This document shows, in pieces, positions 18,301-27,369 of a stretch of 64,000 nt of DNA. The stretch's first letter is position 1; every line of letters starts with the position of its first letter. The notes below the pieces were generated by a model. It ran no database searches and had not been told where the DNA came from. It worked only from the letters and a program-made list of their open reading frames with translations. The position numbers were made by a program, and so were the translations under genes. The DNA is from Candidatus Brocadiia bacterium (lineage in GTDB: Bacteria > Planctomycetota > Brocadiia > SM23-32). Where the stretch lies: NCBI GenBank assembly GCA_046538485.1, contig JBKHIT010000010.1, forward strand, positions 1 through 64,000. The letters are read 5' to 3'.

Positions 18301-19540
18301 CGAAGACCGTAAAAAGGCAGAAAGACCGGGGGCGAGCATCATCGAACCGATTGTCCCGGGTGAAATTATCCCAGTCGAGCGGTCGCAACCAGAACGCTAA
18401 TGTGCCGGCTTTCGTACGCAGAAAATCCCGACCCGAAAACCGCGGATTCATCCCTTCCTTGCCCACGGTCAGCGCCTCACCATGCACGCCCGGTTTGAAA
18501 ATCCGGCGGGAGTCCCACGGGGGCAACTCCGCTTTTCCCGGTTCAGGCTCATATTCGGGCGCATGGAATCTGTCAGGAAATACCGAGGCAGACAGGGTCG
18601 AATCCATCCCAAGCCGAAGCAATAAATCGTCCTTGTCGCGGAAAAACGGCTGACCCGATGGTTCAGTCACCTCGGCCCGGGGTTTTGTCCACAGATGATC
18701 GGGTAAATAGTAATCGCGAAGTGTCCGCGAAAAGCGGATTTCGTCCATCGTGCCCGCGAAACCCCTTTTCCCCGAGGGGGCAGCTCCCACAACCAGAGCA
18801 TCCGCCCTCAACGCCGGCCGCACGTTCATGGAGGTAAGCTTCTGCTCCGTGCGACCGTTGACGCGCAGAAAAACTTCCCGCTTATGCGGCCAGCGCGTCT
18901 CCCAACCAACCGAAATATGCGTCCACTCCGCGGGGGGCACCGCATTCTTAACTGGTTCCATCTTTTTCCCCCCCCATACCAGTTGCAAGCCGCCCTTTGA
19001 AAGCAGTCGGAGCGAGATCGGTGTGCGACCCTTTTCTGTATCGTGCAGACAGAACACCGTTGCTTCTTCCTCGGGCAGATTGGTGGGTCGCAGCCACATC
19101 TCTACCGTCCGCGCCGGATGCGCGTCATACCCCCGGGTAACAAGCCGCCCGTCCTTTCCCTCAAATTGTAATCCTCCGCGAAAGCGCCCGGCGGTCATCA
19201 ATTTGCACGCGCCTTTCAGCTCCGCGGCCCGCCCCATGCCAGCCGTATTGCGGACGTCTCCGCTCGTTCCGCTCCCCTCCGCGGAAAATCCTGTTTCCGA
19301 AGTCCCCCTCTGACCGGACAACTCCAGCATCTCTTCCATACTCACTCCGGTGACTTCTTCTTCCGCGCGGCCATTCAGCGGAAAAAGCGCGACGGCATGG
19401 GCATCGGGAGATAGGGGACGCCAGATACGGGTGGCGACCATATCGGGGTAACTCTCTGCGGACAGCACTGCTCCAGCGATGAGGCAAAACAGCGCCACCC
19501 ACAGAACGCGATACCATTGTCGGTGAAAAAGAAACATCAT
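15380..19540 (-). CDS. Secreted LamG-domain glycoside-hydrolase-like protein (DUF6067/GH123-like)
   Basis: Signal peptide; two LamG-like domains (TVEMWLRP...WTHI...MDEIRF; LAFWLRP...WVHVACTW...IDDFRIY); LEFDGMMW and GVYMDD region. Confidence 0.8.
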   Translation of the reverse strand: MMFLFHRQWYRVLWVALFCLIAGAVLSAESYPDMVATRIWRPLSPDAHAVALFPLNGRAEEEVTGVSMEEMLELSGQRGTSETGFSAEGSGTSGDVRNTAGMGRAAELKGACKLMTAGRFRGGLQFEGKDGRLVTRGYDAHPARTVEMWLRPTNLPEEEATVFCLHDTEKGRTPISLRLLSKGGLQLVWGGKKMEPVKNAVPPAEWTHISVGWETRWPHKREVFLRVNGRTEQKLTSMNVRPALRADALVVGAAPSGKRGFAGTMDEIRFSRTLRDYYLPDHLWTKPRAEVTEPSGQPFFRDKDDLLLRLGMDSTLSASVFPDRFHAPEYEPEPGKAELPPWDSRRIFKPGVHGEALTVGKEGMNPRFSGRDFLRTKAGTLAFWLRPLDWDNFTRDNRFDDARPRSFCLFTVFGEYAKGSWERKFKKSGPIMSFRVVMNMSERVVDPVDLHPGRWVHVACTWEGAQLQYYVNGRRRSPDGAFAVHLEMRTAEDKMKTDPKWWIRAKPESLRFDWTIYQGRAPVHTLIDDFRIYRRPLAPSEISNLARLYDPREKITELPSADIEFDYNGVVGRVDAKVIPLLADYEKLAAAHLSVLKEGREAALGSKRVEPDEFGLCRSAVETPPLDFGKYNLRVRLMGPDDGFMAEKVEPFTRTEPPWWQCRAGLSEKVMPEWEQVRVEGNVMRPWGRRVSLGPSGLPERVVSAGENLLAGPIVLKASRDGEKLSLTPEGDALDVRAESEKRVHFSGGLRGEGFSVKTGGYLEFDGMMWFKLRLVPDDGAVPQVDSLQLCVPYRGTDAELVHWWSGLRNFRNPRITHIGALPEGEGVVFRSNDSENVALPDGLRGSFIPYVMLTGDERGMAWFAENDRGWTKTREEPAVTISREGERVILRLNMISERTALEKPRTFAFGLHPIPVRPLDERWRMVPGWGVIPDTFSGNNLKGRKGPTAFDMYPEDSWEAVQRRIEGEGLTKGAAGLRGRYRGGIAGFRRRYDREPHPREIRVPALYWDMQWTGNKPAHTREWAETWGLGRGDFQHYDDAFIDFASWCWDEWITETDKFIRGVYMDDCWPAPQSWESGPVAYALPDGHVQPGYQFRGYRERLERMRQICHDHEIVPHMCAHTTHTFFIPYHAFFDVILDGEDHYSKPPSQKDFIDHWSLARLRFMNNRKWGITTTWLGWHGNSLDTDKWPAWTYRQQRAYTAGLALHDIEWNFSERTIRDFGLRQPDTEFVAYWDDQPPASSEHAKLLCAGWKRKGKALLLLVNIGEERLEATVQPSLKALGLAKSSAIKVRDVDPGLLTYFDDDVTTVKKPKADEVLQEDDDLLAEPGEFTLEERPEDLPLEQRRAQDPDGKYAWEEGKLRCPVRRHDFRLFELQPKPDPDRME

Positions 19541-20461
19541 TTAAGGACCATAAGGATAAGGCATTTCGCCCCAGGGTTTGCTCCAACTGTGCACCGCGTT
19601 TTGACAGGCATTACGGTCGGGCCACCCGTCGGAGGTATCCGGATTGACGTGACCATCAGCAAACACAAGGTTGAAATGGCTTTGAAGATGAGGGCCGGGC
19701 GATCCCGGTGATAGAACCGACCACGTCGTAACAATGCTGCCCCATCCGCCCCAGCTCCCGACGCCGGGCGGATTGTCACGAACTAACTGGACCTGGCTCG
19801 GCCTGCGCAGATGACCGCATTTCGGCCACGCATTCGCGTGCGCGATACGCGGCCAATAATCATCACGCTCACCATCAAAACCCGATGAATAATAGTCGTC
19901 CCAGGTCCCACCATAGGACATATACGTCCAGTTCGCGTTGTACTCTGCGCTCGGCAGCCAATCACCCCCGAGACGATTGAAATGGGTCAGAACCTTGCTC
20001 TGAGACGGACAGTCGAAAACCCCGGACATGATACTAAAATCGTAAAAAAGACCGGTATTACCCCACTCACGCTGCTCGCGACGTTGTTCCAGGGGAGGCT
20101 CGGAAATATAACGATTCGCCTCGAGAATCCCAACCCACATCACCTCCAGTATCGGCGTGCCATCGGACTCACGCTCCATCCATCGGCTACTTCCATCCAT
20201 CCAATCACTTCTCTCCCCATTAAACGCCCACATTTTGATGCCATTACTGTCATTGCGCATATGACCCGGGACAATACCGTCTCCGTGATCGCTCCCATAC
20301 ATCAAATACGCGATCCCGATCTGCCGGAGATTCCCCGTGCAACTGCAGGCACGCGCCGACTCACGGGCTTTTTCCAGGGCCGGCATAAACATCGCAGCCA
20401 GGATAGCAATGATGGCAATGACGACCAGCAATTCGATAAGCGTGAATCCTTTACATCGCAT
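19541..20461 (-). CDS. Prepilin-type N-terminal cleavage/methylation protein, DUF1559 / H-X9-DG family
   Basis: [21 protein letters not shown], AREsAR...CxxNLRQIG, C-terminal [15 protein letters not shown]. Confidence 0.95.
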   Translation of the reverse strand: MRCKGFTLIELLVVIAIIAILAAMFMPALEKARESARACSCTGNLRQIGIAYLMYGSDHGDGIVPGHMRNDSNGIKMWAFNGERSDWMDGSSRWMERESDGTPILEVMWVGILEANRYISEPPLEQRREQREWGNTGLFYDFSIMSGVFDCPSQSKVLTHFNRLGGDWLPSAEYNANWTYMSYGGTWDDYYSSGFDGERDDYWPRIAHANAWPKCGHLRRPSQVQLVRDNPPGVGSWGGWGSIVTTWSVLSPGSPGPHLQSHFNLVFADGHVNPDTSDGWPDRNACQNAVHSWSKPWGEMPYPYGP

Positions 20462-20532
20462 TTTATCCCCTCCGTTGATCCTATCTTAAGCGTACGCCAG
20501 CAAGGAGCTTCTGTCAAGATTGAAAGGTTAAC

Positions 20533-20578
20533 TTGACACCGGGTGTTCTGTAAGGTAAACTACTTTGTGATATAAAGC
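20533..20578 (+). promoter_or_regulatory. Sigma70-like promoter with adjacent palindromic operator candidate
   Basis: TTGACA(20533)-17 nt-TAAACT(20556), followed directly by ACTTTG-tgata-TAAAGC (20562-20578). Confidence 0.6.
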
Positions 20579-20599
20579 TTATGTCCGGAGAAACATAAA

Positions 20600-21223
20600 A
20601 TGAATAGAGATGAAGCGCAGGCCCGCATGCAGGAAGTGCAAAGAATCATGGAGCGCACGACGCTCTACACGCTTCTACCCCGCTCCTCGGCCATCATCGG
20701 CGGCGTTCTCACGCTGGCAGGATCTCTGATCAGCTACCTGATGATCGGGACGGTGGACTTCCAGGATGCTCTGAAGTTGCCTGTCAACCAGCAACTTGTG
20801 TTCTGTTTCATGTGGCTGGGAATCGGCATCGTAGCGGTGGTCCAGCATATCATCCTCACCCGACGGGCCGCGGAGAAACGGGGCCTTTCCCCGAAAGCAA
20901 GACCGTTCCGATTCGCCACCTACTCCCTCACGCCCAGTGTTTTCGTGGCGGCCGTGCTCACGCTGGAATTTCTCTGGCGCGGGCAAATGACCTACATTGC
21001 CCCCGTCTGGATGATGTGTTACGGGAGCGGGGTCTACGCTGCGGGACTCTTCTCGGTGCGCCTGCCACGGTTTCTGGGAATTACCTTTATCGTCCTTGGG
21101 GCGGTGTCTCTGCTATTTTTCCCCGATTCCGGCATCATCACGGCCGCCGTCTCCTTCGGCCTGCTGCACATCATTTTTGGGCTGATCGTCATCAACCGCT
21201 CCCGGGAGAATGGCGAAGAATGA
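20600..21223 (+). CDS. Membrane protein of the type usually paired with HTH_34 regulators
   Basis: 207 aa, about 6 TM helices; stop overlaps the next start (ATGA). Confidence 0.85.
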   Translation: MNRDEAQARMQEVQRIMERTTLYTLLPRSSAIIGGVLTLAGSLISYLMIGTVDFQDALKLPVNQQLVFCFMWLGIGIVAVVQHIILTRRAAEKRGLSPKARPFRFATYSLTPSVFVAAVLTLEFLWRGQMTYIAPVWMMCYGSGVYAAGLFSVRLPRFLGITFIVLGAVSLLFFPDSGIITAAVSFGLLHIIFGLIVINRSRENGEE

Positions 21224-21549
21224 ACGATCCGGTCAAACCCGAAGAAATTGATCCCATAATTCACGAACGAGCGCGCCTGGCGATCGTCAGCGCCCTCGCC
21301 GTCACCCCGGAAATGCCGTTCACGGAACTCAAAGAGCAACTCGACCTCACCGACGGCAACCTCAGCGCCCACGCCGCCAAACTCGAGGACGCCGGTTATA
21401 TCGAGATCAAAAAATCGTTCCAGGACAAACGCCCCCGAACCACGATGCGGCTCACATCCCGGGGACGAAAAGCCTTTAAGCGCTACCTCCAAACCCTCAG
21501 CCGAATCGTCGAACCCGATCAGGATGAATCCTCGCAGAAAGGCAAATGA
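21220..21549 (+). CDS. Winged-helix transcriptional regulator (ArsR/MarR-like, HTH_34)
   Basis: IDPIIHERARLAIVSAL...FTELK...LTDGNLSAH...LEDAGYI...LTSRGRKAF. Confidence 0.92.
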   Translation: MNDPVKPEEIDPIIHERARLAIVSALAVTPEMPFTELKEQLDLTDGNLSAHAAKLEDAGYIEIKKSFQDKRPRTTMRLTSRGRKAFKRYLQTLSRIVEPDQDESSQKGK

Positions 21550-21619
21550 AAATAGACATTAGTGGTCCGTTAGCCCAGCAAAGAAACTGTTGAAGAAGAT
21601 GCGGATCGACTCACCGAAA

Positions 21620-21930
21620 GCGAGCGGACTGGACTTCAGTCGGAAGCTGGAGTTCAGAACGCGGTCGAGTTTTGGAAATTGACCGGAATAACAGATCAGC
21701 AGGGGACGGAATTCGGGGTCAACGACACCGGCCTTTTTTTCGAAGGGCCGAGCTTGTCCAGGACGCTCTGGAGTTTTAAATCCCCGCAACCCGATCCCGG
21801 AAACCAAATTGGAAAGAATTTACGCGGCGAGGCGACATTGCAACGTGGCAACACACGACACAGTTCCGTGAATTAATCCGCATTCTGAACTCCAGACCCC
21901 GCAAAACGGGGCTGAAGTCCAGTCTGCTCA
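21620..21930. mobile_element. MITE/REP-like element, family C
   Basis: Inverted ends GAGCGGACTGGACTTCAG..CTGGAGTTCAGAACGCGG and CCGCATTCTGAACTCCAG..CTGAAGTCCAGTCTGCTC; the same left motif recurs at about 54000 and 57017. Confidence 0.75.
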
Positions 21931-22286
21931 TTTTAATGGCGAATCGAACTGTTCAACCACTTCGTGCATGCCTCCACAAAATGGTCACATTCCTGAAAAT
22001 CAGCCTCGCACCTCGCATTGACCGCAATCGACGCATGTGTGCTATCTTGCCAGCGCATCGCGCTGGCTTTGGAATGCGTGCGCGCCAGCGCCGCTTTTAT
22101 TTGGTATCGATTTCGTTTCAGCCCACCACATTAAATGCGTTCAAAATACCCAGGAACGCCGCATTCCCCTGTCTTAAAAAACTGATCGGAGGAAAAGGCT
22201 CCAAAAAACTGAACTCAGGCAGGAATTCCAGCTTAGCCCACATTGTGTCATTTGGCACATATGCGTTTAGCGTTGGTGCTGTCGGT

Positions 22287-22542
22287 AAGCCCGCGGAGCG
22301 GGCGTGGCAGACGTAGCCCGGGGCGAAATGAGGCCGCTGTTTTGGCCGAACGAGCCCCGGGTTAGCATTGGGAAGCCGCCGAAGGAGGCGGATCGCCTCG
22401 CCGGAGGCGAGCGCCGCAAGCTTGCCGCGCCGAACACTGTTCGCGCGTTCCGCCGGCACGTTACCCGAACCGCTAACCCCGGGCTCCCCCGAAGAACCCG
22501 GGATCGCCCGGGGCTATGTCTGCTCCGGCCCTACGGGCCTTT
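22287..22542. mobile_element. MITE/REPIN-like palindromic element, family B, copy 2
   Basis: About 256 bp; GCAGACGTAGCCCGGGGCG...CGCCCGGGGCTATGTCTGC inverted arms; homologous to 3971-4224. Confidence 0.75.
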
Positions 22543-22679
22543 TTTAGAACGGCACTCGACACGCTAAACGCGTACTTTGGCACAAAGGCCGAAATGCGGG
22601 TTAGCGTCCATTCGACTGAACTTCGGCCATAAGCCGGATCTTAGAATACGACAAAGCGACACCTTTTTTTGTCCCTTTT

Positions 22680-22696
22680 ACTTTGCATTACAAAGT
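22680..22696. promoter_or_regulatory. Palindromic operator candidate
   Basis: ACTTTG-catta-CAAAGT 19 nt upstream of the radical SAM start; resembles 20562-20578. Confidence 0.55.
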
Positions 22697-22715
22697 CATT
22701 TGCAGGAGAAAGACA

Positions 22716-24167
22716 ATGAAGCATCGAATCCTACTGTTGCTCCCCGCACTGAAAGAGGTCCTGGATCGCGATTTCCGCCAGATCAAATATTCCCTCTTCC
22801 CACCGTTGAGCCTTCTGACACTCGCCGCACTCACACCGCAGGATCGCTACGAGGTGGTCGTCCGCGATGAACATGTCGAACCCGTCCCGATCCCGGGAGA
22901 TTTCGACCTGGTCGCAATGACGGTCTACGTATCATCGGCCCCCCGGGCCTACAAACTGGCCGAACGCTACCGGGAAGCCGGCATAAAGGTCATCATGGGC
23001 GGCATCCATCCCACCACATGCCCACGGGAAGCGCTTCAGCACGCCGATGCCATCTGCATCGGGCCCGGAGAGGCCGTCTGGCCGCAGATCCTCAACGACT
23101 ACGACACGGACCGGCTCCGACCGGTCTATCGCGGAAAAATCGAAGGAACAGCACAGAGAATGCCCGTCCCGCGCCGAGACCTCATGAACCCTGATGCGTA
23201 TCTCGTCCGCAACACGATGGTCACGTCGCTGGGCTGCCCGCATTCCTGCGATTTTTGCTACAAGGCAAGTTTCTGGGGCGAACATTTTTACGAGCACAGG
23301 CCGATTGAAATGCTGGAACGCGAGCTCGAAAGCATGACGGGGGGGTTCGTTTTCATTCTTGATGACAATTTCCTGTCATGTCGACAAAAGGCCCGCAGAA
23401 TCTTCCCCCTGCTCCGCCACAGCGGGATGGTCTGGCAGGCCGCCGGCTCGCTCGACATAGCGCGGGACCCTGAGTATCTGAAAGAAGCCTACGAAGCGGG
23501 CTGCCGGAGCGTCTTCGTGGGATTTGAGTCCCTGTCCCGAGCCAACATGGAAGCCGAGGGCAAAAACGTCAACGCTTTCTCAGACTACGCACAGGCCGTG
23601 AAAAGGTTCCACGACGCGGGGCTGATGATCAACGGGAGTTTCGTATTCGGGTTCGACGGTGACGGGCCGGATGTTTTCGACCGGACGCTCGAATTCGCCA
23701 TCGAAAACGACATCGAGACCGGCACTTTCCATATCCTGACCCCCTACCCGGGCACGCCAACATTTGCGCGGATGCAGAACGCCGGACGGCTCCTGACGAC
23801 CGACTGGGAACTGTATGACACCCGTCATACCGTCTTTCGTCCCGCGGGCATGTCGCCGAGAGAACTGGAATCCGGCTACCATCGGGCGTATCGGGAGTTC
23901 TACCGTTACGGTTCGATTCTCAAGCGTTCGCTGGGTCAACCGGGCGCGCTCAAGCGGCTCGCTTACAACATTGGCTGGAAGAAGAGCGACTGGCTCTGGA
24001 AACACATCATCCGTTTGGGTCTGATGTCCCGCATCCGCCCCATTTTTGAACGCATTCTCGCCCGTCCGACTCAGCCTCACACGTCATCGGACGAAATACA
24101 GGATCAGAAATCGCCGGCATCCAGTGGACAGTTTGCGGACGAAGCTGCTATCATATCCGCAGGGTGA
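22716..24167 (+). CDS. B12-binding domain radical SAM protein
   Basis: PPLSLLTLAA, GGIHPT, GPGE; CPHSCDFC motif; ILTPYPGT. Confidence 0.93.
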   Translation: MKHRILLLLPALKEVLDRDFRQIKYSLFPPLSLLTLAALTPQDRYEVVVRDEHVEPVPIPGDFDLVAMTVYVSSAPRAYKLAERYREAGIKVIMGGIHPTTCPREALQHADAICIGPGEAVWPQILNDYDTDRLRPVYRGKIEGTAQRMPVPRRDLMNPDAYLVRNTMVTSLGCPHSCDFCYKASFWGEHFYEHRPIEMLERELESMTGGFVFILDDNFLSCRQKARRIFPLLRHSGMVWQAAGSLDIARDPEYLKEAYEAGCRSVFVGFESLSRANMEAEGKNVNAFSDYAQAVKRFHDAGLMINGSFVFGFDGDGPDVFDRTLEFAIENDIETGTFHILTPYPGTPTFARMQNAGRLLTTDWELYDTRHTVFRPAGMSPRELESGYHRAYREFYRYGSILKRSLGQPGALKRLAYNIGWKKSDWLWKHIIRLGLMSRIRPIFERILARPTQPHTSSDEIQDQKSPASSGQFADEAAIISAG

Positions 24168-24224
24168 AACCAAATTGACGGCACCACAGGCAATGAAAAC
24201 ATTCACGGTTAGATGGGATTTGCT

Positions 24225-25199
24225 ATGAAGACTGATTTGTCCGCGTACGTCCCGGACCGTCTGCGAGATTTAGATAATCCCCAGACGGATATCCCTGCTC
24301 TTGCTCGCGACGCGGAAGCGGCAGCGGCCATTGAAAGAGCGGCTCGGGATGTTCCCACACATCACCATCTAATTCGGGGGGATAGCCGCCGGTTTTCTGA
24401 CGTTGATTCCGAAAGTGTAGCTCTCGTTGTAACGTCGCCCCCTTACTGGAATCTCAAAGAGTACAGAAACCAGGAAGGCCAGTTGGGCCACATAGACGAC
24501 TATGAGGATTTTTTGAGCCAGCTTGACAGGGTATGGGAGGAGTGCTGGAGAGTTCTCATACCCGGCGGACGGGTTTGTATTGTGGTGGGCGATGTCTGCC
24601 TGAGCCGTCGCAAGCACGGCCGGCATCGCGTCATGCCTCTTCATGCGTCTATTCAGGACCATTGTCGAGCAATAGGATTCGATAATCTTTCCGGGATTTA
24701 CTGGTACAAGATCAGCAATGCAACCACAGAATCAGGTGGGGCCGGGAGATTCCTTGGCAAACCCTACGAACCGGGAGCTGTGCTGAAAAACGACGTGGAG
24801 TTTATCCTCATGCAACGCAAACCGGGGAGCTACCGCAGTCCTTCCATTCCCGCACGTATTCTTTCGGTGATTGAAGCGAGTAATTTTCAAAAGTGGTTTC
24901 GGCAGGTCTGGACCGATATCCGGGGTGAGTCCACGGCCAATCACCCGGCACCGTTTCCTCTGGAACTGGCGGAACGTCTCATCAGAATGTTCTCGTTTGT
25001 TGGTGATACAGTGCTTGATCCTTTCATGGGAACCGGGACAACCAACTGCGCCGCGTCCAGATGGGGAAGAAACTCGGTGGGGATTGAGATTGATCCGGTC
25101 TATTATGACAAAGCACGCCTCCGGCTCGAAGAGGCCAATAACAGCTTATTCAGTCACAGTAAGGTCGAGATAGAAGAGACAAGAGGAGCCTACGCGTGA
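24225..25199 (+). CDS. Site-specific DNA methyltransferase, beta class (probably m4C)
   Basis: TSPPY (motif IV) precedes HPAPFP and VLDPFMGTGT (motif I). Confidence 0.93.
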   Translation: MKTDLSAYVPDRLRDLDNPQTDIPALARDAEAAAAIERAARDVPTHHHLIRGDSRRFSDVDSESVALVVTSPPYWNLKEYRNQEGQLGHIDDYEDFLSQLDRVWEECWRVLIPGGRVCIVVGDVCLSRRKHGRHRVMPLHASIQDHCRAIGFDNLSGIYWYKISNATTESGGAGRFLGKPYEPGAVLKNDVEFILMQRKPGSYRSPSIPARILSVIEASNFQKWFRQVWTDIRGESTANHPAPFPLELAERLIRMFSFVGDTVLDPFMGTGTTNCAASRWGRNSVGIEIDPVYYDKARLRLEEANNSLFSHSKVEIEETRGAYA

Positions 25200-25963
25200 C
25201 AGATTTATTCAGCCAGTTGGATGAGTCAGTGAGCAAAGCAGTGCAACACTACTGGCGGACACGCGAGGAACAGGGCGAGCGGCAGGGCAAACCGGGAGAC
25301 CAGGATCGAGGATTCCGAAGAACGGTTACTGGTGGAAGCCATCTGGACGGATTTGCCAGAGTCCTGGTGGATTTGCTGAAGGACATTGGGGTTCCAGAGA
25401 GCTGGATTCAGTACGGCCGGGGACACAATGAGGTGCCAGGTTTCTATCGACCGACCAAAGGATGGGACCTACTGGTTGTGGCAAATAAAGATCTGCTGGC
25501 TTCTATCGAGTTCAAATCACAGGCCGGGCCGAGCTATGGAAACAACTTTAACAACCGGACCGAGGAAGCTCTGGGCAATGCAACTGATTTGTTAGATGCT
25601 TTCCGCGAGGAAGTTCTCCCCAGCGTCAGAAAGCCCTGGTTGAGATATCTTTTCTTGTTGGAGGAGGACGAAAACTCCATGCGCCCGGTATCTGTGCAAG
25701 AACCTCATTTTGAAGTAGCCGAAGTATTCAAGGATGCTTCGTATGCGGACAGGTACCAGATTCTGTGTGAGCGACTCCTGAGAAAGCGGTTGTATGACGG
25801 AGCATGTTTTCTACTCTCGAAACGAGAGGAAGGCTTGCAGGGAAACTACAGGGAACCTCACCAGGAATTGACTTTCAAAAATTTTGCCTCCCATCTTATC
25901 GCCCATGTCGAAGGGTACCTGAGAAGTCATGGTCGAAACGGAACCGAGGGCAATCAGGCCTGA
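25196..25963 (+). CDS. Type II restriction endonuclease, XhoI/PaeR7I family
   Basis: VTGGSHLDGF, PGFYRPTKGWD, IEFKSQ.GPSYGNNFNNRTEEALG; GTGA overlap with the methyltransferase. Confidence 0.88.
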   Translation: MTDLFSQLDESVSKAVQHYWRTREEQGERQGKPGDQDRGFRRTVTGGSHLDGFARVLVDLLKDIGVPESWIQYGRGHNEVPGFYRPTKGWDLLVVANKDLLASIEFKSQAGPSYGNNFNNRTEEALGNATDLLDAFREEVLPSVRKPWLRYLFLLEEDENSMRPVSVQEPHFEVAEVFKDASYADRYQILCERLLRKRLYDGACFLLSKREEGLQGNYREPHQELTFKNFASHLIAHVEGYLRSHGRNGTEGNQA

Positions 25964-26086
25964 TCGCCGCCATCCGCCGCATCATCAATTCCACGGGCAA
26001 GAAGCCTATCTTGCGCGTACTCGCTGAGGTCCTGAAAGAACGGAAAGGCGCCGACGGATCCGCGGAGATTCTCCAGGCCCTTCTTC

Positions 26087-26914
26087 TTACTTCTCCTGGT
26101 GGGTCAGATCATGCCGTTGGCAGGCTTCTTCCGCACCCATCCCTTCTTTGACCACATCGTGCAGGGCGGCCACGAACGCGGGCGGATTCGATGCCTGCAC
26201 GGCATTTCGGCCGAAAACCACCCCACCGGCGCCGTCCCGGACCTCCCGTTCGGCCAGTTGCAGGGCATCGAGATCCGTAGGGGTCTTCTCGGCCCCCAGT
26301 CCCAGAATAGGAACCGGGCAGGTTGAGGTCACTTCGGCAAAATGTTGGGTGTGAAACGTCTTTATGCAATCGGCACCCAGCTCGGCCACCACCCGGCAAC
26401 CGATGAGGATTTCTTCGTGGAATTCCTCCGGGTCCTTGGTCAGATGGCTGTGGGGGAAGTATTCTCCCATGACCGGCAGCCCCAGTCGATGCGCTTTCAG
26501 GGTCAGGTCTGCAAAAATCTCGGCGTTGCGGGCATCCACCTCCTCGCTTCCCGTCTTCAGGGTCAGACACACCAGAACAGCGTCCGCCCCATTGGCCGCG
26601 GCATCCTCGGGCTGGTAGAGGTTCGAGATGACCGATTCCTTGTAGCCCCAGTGGAAACAGAAGACGCTGTTGAAGTTGAGACGGGTAATCGCCAGAGGCG
26701 CGCCAGGTCGCCCGAAATAATCGGTACATTTCGGGAGCATCCCGGGCGAGAGCAGAACCGCATCCGGGCCGTGGCCCAACCCGGCCAGCATGTCGGGGAT
26801 ATCTTCCATTCCGGCGTGGGGACCGTCGAACATCCCGTGATCGCACGCCACCACCACCGCTTTCCCTTTTTCACCGAATAGCTTACCCAGTCCGATATCG
26901 ACGCCTGATGTCAC
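26087..26914 (-). CDS. Class I aldolase, DhnA/LsrF family
   Basis: VACDHG, AELGADCIKT (Schiff-base Lys), GVVFGRN; GTG start after AAGGAG. Confidence 0.88.
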   Translation of the reverse strand: MTSGVDIGLGKLFGEKGKAVVVACDHGMFDGPHAGMEDIPDMLAGLGHGPDAVLLSPGMLPKCTDYFGRPGAPLAITRLNFNSVFCFHWGYKESVISNLYQPEDAAANGADAVLVCLTLKTGSEEVDARNAEIFADLTLKAHRLGLPVMGEYFPHSHLTKDPEEFHEEILIGCRVVAELGADCIKTFHTQHFAEVTSTCPVPILGLGAEKTPTDLDALQLAEREVRDGAGGVVFGRNAVQASNPPAFVAALHDVVKEGMGAEEACQRHDLTHQEK

Positions 26915-27015
26915 ATTGGTCTCCTTAGGAACGAAGGCGCGCAGCTCACTCCGGTTTTGTCCCGTTATAATTCTTAAGTTCCCCACATGCAACCGCGAGG
27001 CTAATTTCTAACAGG

Positions 27016-27044
27016 TTGACGGAAGTATTACTTTGTATTACAAT
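27016..27044 (+). promoter_or_regulatory. Promoter of the RHH-znu operon with tandem GTATTAC repeats
   Basis: TTGACG-17 nt-TACAAT; GTATTAC at 27025-27031 and 27035-27041. Confidence 0.7.
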
Positions 27045-27095
27045 GCAATGTCCTGGGGAAATAATTAGAGTGCAAAATTTTTATGAGGGAAAACA

Positions 27096-27365
27096 ATGTC
27101 CAAAAACCGTTGCGAAACGATTACGTTGAAAGTTGATGAATCTTTGCTGGAGGCCATGGAAGGGATTGAAAATCGCTCGGAATTCATCCGGTCGGCAATC
27201 CTGACAGCCCTCAACAACATCTGCCCGCTCTGCAAAGGGAAAGGGCTTCTCACGCCCTATCAGCAGAGACACTGGGAGAGTTTTGCTGAAAATCACTCCA
27301 TTGAAGAGTGCGATCAATGTCAGGAAATTCACCTGGTCTGTGGTCTCGAAGGAAAGGTGGGATAG
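27096..27365 (+). CDS. CopG/ribbon-helix-helix regulator with C-terminal Cys-rich metal site
   Basis: TITLKVD...NRSEFIRSAI RHH pattern; CPLC, CDQC and HLVC. Confidence 0.8.
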   Translation: MSKNRCETITLKVDESLLEAMEGIENRSEFIRSAILTALNNICPLCKGKGLLTPYQQRHWESFAENHSIEECDQCQEIHLVCGLEGKVG

Positions 27366-27369
27366 AAAC

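Noticed and set aside
21550..22670. ORFs of 65-126 aa between the regulator and the radical SAM gene
   Set aside because: They mostly overlap MITE-like repeats and show no protein motifs
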